A stretch of DNA of 64,000 nucleotides from Octopus vulgaris (lineage: Eukaryota), in contig OX597824.1 in assembly GCA_951406725.2 (NCBI GenBank), positions 35,092,001-35,156,000 of the forward strand, written 5' to 3'. The position numbers were made by a program, and so were the translations under genes. Position 1 is the first letter of the stretch; the number at the start of each line of letters is the position of its first letter. Shown piece by piece: positions 24,241 through 35,973 of the stretch. The notes under the pieces are model-generated. The model was not told the DNA's origin and searched no databases. It was given only the letters and a program-made list of their open reading frames with translations.

Positions 24241-26514
24241 CTACAAGGAAAGAAATTTAGAATTCAAGAAGGAGGATGAAGAGCATTAATTTCAAATTTA
24301 TTCACACAGTTAAAAAAAATATTTCAAGAAATCATGTAACACAAGACATTCATCATCATTTAGCGTCCGCTTTCCATGCTAGCATGGGTTGGACGGGTCA
24401 ACTGGGGTCTGTGAAGCTGGAAGACTTCGTCAGGCCCAGTCAGATCTGGCAGTGTTTCTACAGCTGGATGCTCTTCCTAACGCCAACCACTCCGCGAGTG
24501 TAGTGGGTGTTTTTTACGTGCCACCTGCACTGGTGCCAGACAGAGCTGGCGAACGGCCACGAACGGATGGTGCTTTTACGTGTCACCGGCACAGGCCAGG
24601 CGATGCTGGCAACGGACACGAACGGATGGTGCTTTTACGTGCCACCGACACGGGGCCCAGAAAGATATTTTTCAATGAATTGAAAAGTGTAGTTGTCAAT
24701 TCTTAAGAACTCTCTATTCATAGCATTATACATTCAAAAACACATTCGTACATAAACTTATGCAGTGTGTATACATATGTGTGTGTATAAGAGAGAGAAC
24801 TTAGCTAAAGATAAACTAATGTACCAAGCACGACCTGGAAATGGTCTTTGACAAGATCCCTTGCTATTGATCTGGCAGTCACTAAGGAAGCTAGGAGTAG
24901 AAGAATGGTTTGTAAGGGCTACGCAAACTATGTACAGAGTGACCAATTAGATTCACCAACAAATTTATCATGTAGGTAGGGTTCACCATAGTTTAGTGCA
25001 GTCTTCTGTTTATTATAGTCCTCCAAGCCATAATAGAAGACTTAAGCACTAGCCACCCATGGGAACTCATGTATAATGACGGCCTTTGAACTGAACAAAA
25101 TTTAGAGAAAAGGTTTCTTCCTCATACTGTAACTCCTTTTCGATGTTGAATTAAGGTAAAAACCTTAATTCAACATCTAAAATTGCCCTCTTTTCTATTC
25201 TTCAGTTGGTTTTATTGTCCTAAACAATCAAGAACATAAAGCGGTTTTTTTATAAGGTATAAGACAACCTCACTAGCACTAGTGCCACACTAAAAGGCAT
25301 CCAGTACACTCTGTAATGTGGTTGGTGATAGGGAGGGCATCCAACTGTAGAAACCATGCTGTAACAGAACATACAGATGATCTCTCAACCTGTCAAGAAC
25401 AGTAACACTAAATGGGAGCTGACACATACTGTGATGACTTGTCCAACCTACGACAGCATGGGAAGTGGAATTAATTATGATATGCATGCACGTGTGTGTC
25501 TGTGTAAAAACAATAAAATAAATGAATGCTGTCGCTAGCACCAGTGCACATAAAGAGCAATCAGTACACTCTGTTAAGTGGTTGGTGTTAAGAATGACAT
25601 CCAGCTGTGGAAACTGGTCTAATCAAACTATTCAGTCCATGCCAACATGGAAAAAGGGATGTTAAATAATGATGTGATGATACACAAAGAGCAAAAGGTG
25701 CAGTCCTATGGCTTGTCAGCTCCTGTCAAACTGTCCAACTCATGCCAGCATGGAAAACAGACATTAAATGACAATGATGATGACGATGACAAATAGAGAA
25801 AAGATGATTTAAAATTTTAATAAATAATCAGTTTCCAAAACATTAACAAAATTAATGGAGAAAGCTTGTTTATTAATTGTTTGAAATGTAGGATAGCTAC
25901 TAAGCTTTAATTTGATGTTATTTACTAAGTCAACTCTTTGAATTGTCGCAGTAGATATTTGGAGATGATTGACTTTAAAATGCCAAATCTTGAGACAATA
26001 TGTGGGAGTAATGTATTATATCATTTAAAAGTCAAATATGAACTTGTGACTATAACCTTTGTTGATGTGCAGAGGTATGCCAATTGGTATAAGCAGTAAG
26101 CTAGACATACTAAAAGATGTAAGAATAACAAATTAGATCATGGTTGTCATCATCATTGTTTCAATGTCCATGTTTTCAAGTTTCCAAGGAATTTGTGGAA
26201 GATTGGAAATGAAGGACAACACATACATGATGATGACACTTATTTACAACTGAATATTAATATCATCTATAAGGCAGTAGGCTGGCTAATCGTTAGCATA
26301 CCAGGCAAAATGCTTTTAGTGGCATTTCATCTATACTTACATTCTGAGTTCAAATTCTGCCAAAGTCAGCTTTGCCTTTCATCCTTTTGGGGTTGATAAA
26401 ATAAGTACCAGTTGAGCACTGGGGCTGATGTAATCGACTTACCCCACACCTGAAATTGCTGGCCTTGTGTCAAAATTTGCAGCCAAATCTCACTTAAATC
26501 ACAAAGAAAAGTCT

Positions 26515-28631
26515 TTCCAAATAGACAGTTCCCTGGTAGATAAAGCAATTAAGGGCATGAAGCAAGGAAAAACCCCCAGCCCATCAAGAATCATTGCTGA
26601 GATGCTCAAAACATCTGGTGGTGTGGGCTATGGCCTAGTCACCCGCATCGTAAACCAGGTAGTTCATAATGGAGTCATACCCAATGACTGGAGTAGCAGC
26701 ACCATAGTCAACTGTTACAAGAGTAAAGGTGATGCTCTAGATAGAAATAACTACAGGGGTATCAAACTGCTGGATCAGGTGATGAAGGTCACTGAGAGGG
26801 TCATAGCCTATCTCATTAGGGAAAGAGTCTGCTTAGATGAGATGCAGTTCGGTTTTTTTGTCAGGTAGAAGCACCACTGATGCCATATTCCTGGTTCGAC
26901 AACTGCAGGAGAAATACCTAGCTAAGGATAAAAACCCTATACTTAGCTTTTGTGGACTTGGAGAAAGCCTTTGACAGGGTCCCCCAATCCCTTATCTGGT
27001 GGGTGATGTAGAAACTGGAGATTGACAAATGGTTAATAAGGGCTGTACAGACCTTATACAGAGAGGTTGTTAGTAAGGTTAGGATTGGCAATGAGTATAG
27101 TGAAGAATTCAGGGTAGAAGTAAGGGTCCACCAAGGTTCAGCCCTCAGTCCCATTTTATTCATCATATTCCTCCAGGCAATAACAGAGGAATTCAAGATG
27201 GGTTGCCCCTGGGAGCTCCTCTATGCTGATGAACTGGCCCTCATAACAGAATCACGACCAGAACTAGAAAAGAAATTTTGGGTGTGGAAGCAAGGTTTAG
27301 AATCAAAAGGTCTTAGAGTCAATGTAGCAAAGACCAAAGTTCTAGTAAGTAGGAAGGCGAACTCATCCCACACACCCTCAGGTAGGTGGCCCTGCTCGAT
27401 CTGTAGAAAAGGTGTAGGTAGAAACTCCATAAGATGTACCCAGTGTAAGCTATGGATACATAAGAGGTGCAGCAACATCAAAGGAAGATTAACCAAGAAG
27501 ATAGCTTTTGTGTGCAGCAGATGCACAGGGGCAATAAACACAGATGCTCAGAAAACAGATTCCATCACACTTCAGGGGGAGAAACTAGAAGTAGTTGATA
27601 GCTTCCGCTAAGTAGGTAACCAAGTTAGTAGTGGGGTGGATGCTCAGAGAGTGTTACCATGAGAATAAGAATATCCTGGGAAAAGTTTAGAAAGCTTCTA
27701 CCCCTACTGGTGACAAAGGGCCTCTCACTCAGAGTGAAAGGTAGATTGTACAATGCGTGTGTGCGAACTGCCATGCTTCACGGCAGTGAAACATGGGCCG
27801 TGACTGTGGAGGACATGCGTAGGCTTGAAAGAAATAAAGCTAGCATGATCTGCTGGATGTGTAATGTCAGTGTGCTCACACGACAGAGTGTAAGCAACCC
27901 GAGAGAAATGTTGGACATAAGAAGCAGCGGATGTGGCATGCAAGAGAGACATTTGCGCTGGTATGGTCATGTACTATGGATGGATGAAGAGAGATGTGTG
28001 AAGAGGTGTCACTCCCAAACAGTTGAAGGAATACGGGGTAGAGGTAGTCCCAGGAAGACATGGGATGAGGTGGTCAAGCATGACTTTTGAACGCTGGGCC
28101 TCATAGAGGCAATGACAAAAGACCAAGACCTCTAGAGATATGCTGTGACTGCAAAGACCTGGCAAATAAAGTGAGTTCACGGCTGTATCCTACACCAGTT
28201 TCACATAACCAGCCCCAACCCATTCAAAAGTACCTTGGATTGTAGGGTGACCTGCTGTGCTTGAGGAAACCTATCAAATCAAGTACATCAACATCAAAAT
28301 AAAAATCAAATGGAAATTGTAGTTGTGATACCTGTGCCGGTAGCACATAAAAAGCACCATCCAAACGTGACTGATGCCAGCACCACCTTGACTGGCTTCC
28401 GTGCCGGTGGCACATATAAAGCACCAACCAATCATGGCTGTTGCCAGCCTCCTCTGGCCCCTGTGCTGGTGGTATGTAAAAAGCACCCACTACACTCATG
28501 GAGTGGTTGGCGTTAGGAAGGGCATCCAACTGTAGAAACACTGCCAGATCAGACTGGAACCTGGTTTCCCAGGCCCCGGTTGAACCGTCCAACCCATGCT
28601 AGCATGGAAAATGGACGACGATGATGATGAT
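26515..28631 (+). mobile_element. 5'-truncated RTE-clade LINE, copy 1 (RT, PHD-like finger, 3' UTR)
   Basis: NYRGIKLLDQVMK, FVDLEKAFDRVP, HQGSALSPILF, LLYADELAL, RWYGHVL, GRGSPRKTW; several stops and frameshifts; (GAT)n tail. Confidence 0.93.
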
Positions 28632-29094
28632 TGAATAATATAGTCTTGATGCAGAAAAAGACAAGATAGTGAGAGTTTGAATGCCTTTTATTATGGGTCT
28701 GGTCTGAAAATACCTTAGGATGTACAATCCCTGATATACAAAAAGGTGATGTCTTGAAAAAGGAAGATCAATCATCAATTACAAAAACTGAAATCAATCA
28801 TTTTCATATCACTCTGACTATAGTCTTTATAAAAGGAAGGACATAAAAAAAATATGTAGTTCTGATATCCAGAACAACAGTATGGCCATGGCTAGAAAGC
28901 CTTTTATCATAGATTTGCTGTATCAGACTAAACTTGGGTCTAAACAAATAATGGATTGTCTCTACGGTAATTAATGGTAGAGTCTCAGAGTAGTCATCCA
29001 AACTACCAGATAAAGCAGCCAAATATTCCTTAACCCTTTAACATTTAAACCGCCTATATCAAGCCAAAATATTTAACCGGTTTTATGTTGCAAC

Positions 29095-29248
29095 CAGGGC
29101 TGTGAAGTTGGAGTCAGAAACAATTAAGAGGTAACTGGAGTTGGAGACAGAAAAATAGACCACAATCACTTAATTACATAGAAGAGTCAGAGGTACCAAT
29201 AGTAGAGGAGTTGGAGTCACAGTTTTCTGTTTCGACTTCACAGCCCTG
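29095..29248. mobile_element. 154-bp hAT-type MITE inserted in a piggyBac-type MITE
   Basis: 14-bp perfect TIR CAGGGCTGTGAAGT; 8-bp TSD GTTGCAAC at 29087-29094 and 29249-29256; internal GGAGT(C/T) repeats. Confidence 0.92.
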
Positions 29249-30248
29249 GTTGCAACTGGCCAGACCCAGCTTCTCACCTCAACCCTGCAATGCCATTCTA
29301 AAACTAAACAATCACATCATCGAAATCTCTAAACTACAAGATAATGCATGAATAATTCAAAACAATATAAATAAACAAATATTACATTGGACAGAACAAT
29401 CTGAATACCAGAGAGTTAAGCCACATATCCTACAGTATTAAAACAAGGACACATTAGGCAAAGTAGTCCTTGGTATACTAAAACAGAATGGTCACTTCCT
29501 GAAAACTTTTTATCAAAGGCTTGCTCAACCAGACTCAGCCCAAGGCTAAACAACAACAACAACAAAAACAACTAATGGAACCTCTATGTGGTAGATCAGA
29601 TGGTTAAAAATAGCAACCACAGCTCATCTACATCACATTCTACTGCTTTGAAAATAAAGAATGTATTTCTCGATATATGCAAAAATGGATGGAAGGCTTC
29701 GTTGTAGGCTTATTGAAGCTAGAAATTACAACCAAACTTTCCCTCAAATCACACATCCTACTATTCTAAAAAGTAAGATCGTTATATATGAAAACCAATG
29801 TCAAAGCTAAATACACTATCTTTAAGATAGCTTGTTAGCTCTAATGTGTGCATATAAGAGTGTGTGTATGTAACAGACCTATTTATATGCTTGTATGAGC
29901 CAACGAGTGAAACCTTTATGTGGTAGACAAACATGTTAATAAATAGCAGTCAAATCCCTCAAATCAAAACCAGACTTGTATTACTTTAATACAATACTCA
30001 AGCATTGCTGGGTAGCTCTGCTAATACAATACTAATTATAAACAAATTAAATGTTTTCAATAACAAATTAAGTGAAAATATAATTATTATTTGTTTTCTT
30101 TTTTTCTTTCTTAAAAACAATCCAGAAAATATTAATTCCTCAAAGTTAGTGGATGCTTTATCCTTTTCATCTCCCCAAGAAAAGACCTTTAACACTCAGA
30201 CACCTGGTGGATTAAATATTTATATATAGACAGGAAAAGAAAACTTAC

Positions 30249-30306
30249 CAGGCTCAAGTTTTATAACTTTTATTGCAGCAAGATCTCCTGAGCTCAGGTT
30301 TCGAGC
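30249..30306 (-). CDS. MAP4K3/5: MAP4K3/5-like kinase exon (ARNLSSGDLAAIKVIKLEP), 58 bp; most upstream exon found
   Basis: AAIK catalytic Lys motif; AG at 30308-30307, GTAAG donor at 30248. Confidence 0.94.
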
Positions 30307-30699
30307 CTAAACAAAGAAAACAAACAAAAATTTTTTTAATAATTTCCAGATGAAGATATTTATTATTATCAAAATTAATGTGAAATCCCATTCAATTTGC
30401 ATAATAGCAATTAATCAAAATGTAATTACAAATGCATTTATGTAAAAATGAAATATTTGTAAAACCTTTGAGCAATGCAAGTGAAGAGTTGATCAAAACA
30501 CACAACACAAGGTCAATGAATGTAAACAAAAGTATTGTATTATCATATACAGGTTGTTTAATAACTTAGTATGGCCGTGCAAGGGGATAGCTGGAATAGC
30601 CAATGATCAATAGCTTGACTCTTAGGTAAGAGTAATCAATAGGTAAGACAATTTAAATATCAGGATTGACTTGTTCATATCAGAATAGATTATACAAAA

Positions 30700-31560
30700 C
30701 AGAGGTCTTTTGTAATTTGCTATTTTGATATAATGTATGTTTGTATGAGAAAACGTCAAATAAGCTCAGCAGGTAGGTAAAACGAGGTGGTTAATAGCTT
30801 ATGCCACTGAGTTCATTTCAATTCGTTGGTTTATGTTCCCTAATTTGAATGGCCTTCTTAATCCTCAAGTTGCCAATATTCTGGTCAGTGGTGAAAATGC
30901 AGATTTGGCATTTGTCAAAATGTTTCTTAACCATGAAAGTACATGTATGCAACTGTACTTTCATCTGGGCGTGGAGCTTCTAGATTGTGCTGACAATACA
31001 GTAGTTTCTGCATTTGTCACATTTCACTTGATAAATTATGTATACATATAGATACACATCTGCATTACAAATAGGGTAGTTGAGTAGCATACAAGTATTG
31101 TTGGTCTCAGGTAGCTTTTTTGGCCAGCAGTGATGCAAGGAGCATCAAGAGTGAGTTAGATGTATATCATGTTTGGTAATTTAAGGAAGCAGGAATTGTT
31201 GTGATGGTTGTTTTATGTTTTATATGGAGGACCTTGTTGGGGACAAGTGAAGGTCGTGAGAGTATCCATTTAATTTCAAAATTTTCTGAAAATATGTTAT
31301 AAATGGCTTGGTTTTATTTTATTACATCCATTATGAACGTAGGTGAATTCTATTTGGACGTGGTTGTTCTTGGTACTGTGGGTGAGGGGTGATTTAAAGT
31401 AAACATCTTGTATCTGTATGTGTAAATTGGCAGAGTCATAAAGAGCATTGGATGGAACTGTTATGAATGTTGTGTCATATTGGATGTTAAATGACAATGG
31501 CTGTGTGTGTAAATTAAAAACGAAAAAAATTAAGAAACTCACAGTGAAATATATTCTAAA
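30700..31560 (-). mobile_element. Penelope-like element remnant (GIY-YIG)
   Basis: Minus strand 31050-30800: IIYQVKCDKCRNYCIVSTI*KLHAQMK...KHFDKC...NLRIKKAIQIREHKP; outer boundaries uncertain. Confidence 0.65.
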
Positions 31561-33130
31561 ATGCACACGCACACACATGCACACACAGTCTGTGTGCTGT
31601 GAAGAACATGGGATATATATACATCACTAAAACTATATATTTTAAACATCTAAATGTCAGAGTATTTTCAATTTTTAACTATCTAGGTTGTTTTGTTGTA
31701 ACAGTAGGTTCTTTTCTCGTTATTATTTTCCTTGGGTTCAGACAATTGCATTGCATGCAAATGAAGAAGCAACAAATATTTGGAAGGCCATAAATTGCTT
31801 TAAGCTTTAAATTTTGAGAAAAACATGTTAAATTTTATGTTCTAATGGTCACTACAAAAGAAAAAAAATAAAGGAACTTCAGAAATGGATATTAAAACAA
31901 TTGACAGTCTACATTTGATGTACACGTTTTCTCCTATTATTGCATAATCAAAGAAATATTTGATCTGATATTATCTAGAAAGTAATTATTGATATGAATT
32001 AGTAAACCAATTAAGAAATTTTCATTTTAATCTTCACTTAAATTTTCTTTAATTAATTAGCTAATGATCTGAAACAAATATAAAATGTAATAAAGAAATC
32101 AATAAGTGATTTAAATCTTAAATGATATAATGTTGACAGTATTTCCCATGTACTTAATGGAATAGCTATGGCCAGGAGTTCATTTTGTTCTTCAAAGGAA
32201 CACTACAAAATATTTCTAAGCATGGCTGTCTGGTTTAAGAAGCTTGCAATGTTGTTTTGGGTTTGGTCCCCACAGCATGAAACCTTGAGCACCCTAGCTA
32301 GCCAATGCCTTGTGAGTGAATTTGGTAGACAGAAACTGTGAGGACGCCCATCATATATGTATATGTCCCCACTCTCTACCACTGCTTAACATCATACCAG
32401 TTCAGGCAAAGTGACTGATAGAATAAGTACCAGGCTTAAACAAGTAGAGTATATTAGATACAACATTTGAAAGCTAGTTATTCCACTGATTTATAATTAT
32501 TACATTTTTATAGAGCCAATTGTTCACTGGATTTATTCATTACCATATGATTTGTTACTAACCTAACTAATGTTTGTATCTACATTTGCCAACAATTGTC
32601 TCCTGTACCTTTTACTAATACCTACTAGCAGTACATAGTTATTCATTAGTATAACATGTCCATAGCAGTGCAGCTGCCAGAACTGCAAGTTACTTTCTGA
32701 AAATACTTATCTTTTCCTTCTCTCGAGCTCACACTCAAGAGGTTATTTTTAACTTTCTTCTTTTTTTTTAATTACTGCAAATCCATGTTGTCTGGATAAT
32801 AACATCCTCCACCTGACAAATGCAAAACTATACAGTCTACCTGGTTGTTGCTGCCAGAGGCATTAATTCCTACTTCTACACATATTTGGACATAAATTTA
32901 ATTCTAATGCCTTATTTTGTCGGAACAACAAATTTTCATTATCATGTATTTCTTTAGAAATTGCCACATTCCAGACTAAACTAGCAAATGACTTATTTAT
33001 TACAAGACTAGTGGTTATTCACCCGAAATGAACTAACATAGCAATGGTCTATTCCAAGTATAGACTAATTATATTACTATATATGAAAGTGTAAACTGAC
33101 TTTTCTCATCTCTTGACCGTCTGCCTTTGT

Positions 33131-33200
33131 TGACAGCCTTACTATAAAATACATTGCTATGATGCTGACAGCCTTACTATAAAATACATTGCTATGATGC
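33131..33200. repeat. Perfect 35-bp tandem duplication
   Basis: TGACAGCCTTACTATAAAATACATTGCTATGATGC twice. Confidence 0.95.
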
Positions 33201-35756
33201 TATCTTTCTCCAACATGTATCACACAATCTGTTTCAAAGTGTTTACCATGCTGTAAAACTTCTCTGTAGACCAAATTTGCAGCCAGTCACATTACAAAAG
33301 AGCAAGTCATTTACCAACACATTTCATTCTAAACATCCTACACTCTCTGCAGGTTTAGTATGTAAACTGATATTTTGAACTGATAAAAAGACACAGATTA
33401 TATATTTCGAACCATCTGACATTGGTCACATTCATGAACATTATTTTCTGGTGGACTAAGCAACAAACAGTCACATTGACAAAATCTCTGGACATAATTT
33501 ATCCTAGTTTACATCATTTTCTTTTTTGTGATACCAACACATTGGCTTCAAATTTTGGTAAAATACTAACAATTTCAAGAAAGGGGGATAAGTTAATTAC
33601 ACTGACCCCAGTGCTCAGCTGGTACTTATTTTACTGACCCTGAAAGGATGAAAGGCAAAGTCAACCTCGGCAGAATTTGAACTTGGAACATAAAGATGGA
33701 CAAAATGCTGCTAAGTATTTTACCTGGTACACTAACGATTCTCCCAACTCATCACCTTTGAGATGATGCCAATATATTACTGTCTGACAAGTATTATAGA
33801 AATACCATTTTTACTGCCCCCCACCCTGTGCTCACTGACAATAGATTAGTATGATACTGGTTTTTGAACTATTATTTCTTTGGTGGAACTTTATTCAGAC
33901 AATTGTCATATACACAACTATTAATGAAGCAACAACACTTAAAAGTTCTAATTTGGCTTCCTGGAGTTTCAGCTTCACTGCAATAAGTTTTTTTTTCTTT
34001 TCTTTTCTGTTTACTTTATCAGGCATTAGATTATGGCCATGCTGGGACACTGCCTAGGAGAAATTTTAATAGAATGAATTGTCCAATACTTTTTTCTTTA
34101 AGCCTGGTACTTATTCTATTGGTCTCTGTTGGTGAACCACTAAGTTAAGGGGATGTAAACAAATCAGCACTGGATGTCAAGTGGAAGAGGGGGATAAACA
34201 TAGACAAAAAGACACATGTGCGTGTGTAAAAATGATGGGCTTCTTTCAGTTTCCATCTACCAAATCTATTCACAAGGCTTTGGTCGACCCAAGGCTATAG
34301 CAGAAGGTTCTATTTTATGAATGCAATGTCAGCTCAAATCTTGTAAACATACATTTTATACATGTTTAGAAAGAGAGTCTCACTTTAATATGTAAATATT
34401 CCAACATTCAAATAACCTGCATCATGCTTCCACAGAAAAATTGATAGAAATCCATTAACAGAAACAAAATGACTGATGTTCAGTTTGAACTTAAGCAGGT
34501 TGATGCCTGTAAAATGTGAGTATCTCATCTTTTACTTGTTTCAGTCATTAGACTATGGCCAAGCTGGGGCACTGCCTTGGAGAATTTTTCAGTCAAATGA
34601 ATTAACCCCAGTACTCTTTTTTTTTAAACCTAGTACTTATTCTGTTGATCTCTTTTGCTGAACTGCTAAGTTATGGGGACATAAATACATCAACACCAGT
34701 TGTCAAATGGTGGTGGGGGATAAAAACACACACACACATAATGGGCCTCTTTCACTTTCTGTCCACCAAATCCACTCAGAGGCTTTGGTTGACCCAAGGT
34801 TATAGTAGAAGGCACTTGCCCTAAGTGCCATGCAGTAGGACTGGGCCTGGAACTATGTGGTTAGATAGCAAGTTTCTCTTACCACACAGTCACATTTGTG
34901 ACTATGCACACAGCTGACTTCAGTTCTAAAGAGAAATGATTAGATAAAGTAAAGTGTTTAGTTTTAGAGTTTGGGAAGTGACACTGGTAAGTTCTCTTTT
35001 ACTGTAATTCTTCAATATCTAGGACTATTGCTTAGTGCTCTAACTGCCTTCTGCCATCTCTCTGTCATTTCTGATTCCCAACCCACTACCATATCCTTCT
35101 CAGATAAATTCCTCACAAGCCCTTCTTTACACACAACACTAAAACTGAAAATGACACAGGTTACCAGCATTTTGTTGCTATTGTTAAACACAAACAAAGC
35201 TTATTAAACAAGATAGCAGAGAAATTAATCAATAACTGTATCTAACTGTATAAGAAACGTAACCCTTCAGTTTGCTGCTGACAGATCAGATACCATTTGA
35301 AATTTGAAAACATAAATGTCCTTCAATCTAATATCAGCAACACAATTATTTCCAGTTGATATTTTCCCATGCAGCTAGTTTCAAATAGTTTTATAAGTGA
35401 CTGGTTGGTATTTTAAGATAACTGTCAGAAGTAAAAAAGCCAAGCATTGTCATGCTAGACTTCAACTTTGATATGTCAGTGCTGGAAAGTCATCAGAACA
35501 GTATTAAAGTATCATAATATTTGTTCCATAAACAATTTATGTTAGTTAAGTCAACATTAATAATGCTCTAACACAGCCTCTCAAACTACATTTTCAATCA
35601 ACCATGAACATATAGATTAGTAACACTTTACTATACTAATGTTACACCAGTCTAAAATCACTCTCTCTTATACTCAACATCTTTTATATTACCATCCCAC
35701 ATTTCCCTTCCTCCAAACTGTTAGCCTTGTGCCTTTGTTAGAACCTTCTAAATATA

Positions 35757-35973
35757 TATTTCTTTACTACCCACAAGGGACAAACAAGGACAGACAAACG
35801 GATTAAGTTGATTACATCGACCCCAGTGCGTAACCGGTACTTAATTTATCAACCCCGAAAGGATGAAAGGCAAAGTCGACCTTGGTGGAATTTGAACCCA
35901 GAACATAACGGCAGACGAAATACGGCTACGCATTTCGCCCGGCGTGCTAACGTTTCTGCAAGCTCGCCGCCTT
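35757..35973 (-). mobile_element. tRNA-derived SINE family C with 15-bp TSD; other copies at ~10845-11170(+, doubled head), 26270-26470(+), 33580-33760(-), 48861-49090(+), 49340-49480(-)
   Basis: TSD AACCTTCTAAATATA at 35742-35756 and 35974-35988; head GGCGGCGAGCT.GCAGAA and B-box-like GTTCAAATTCC. Confidence 0.88.
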
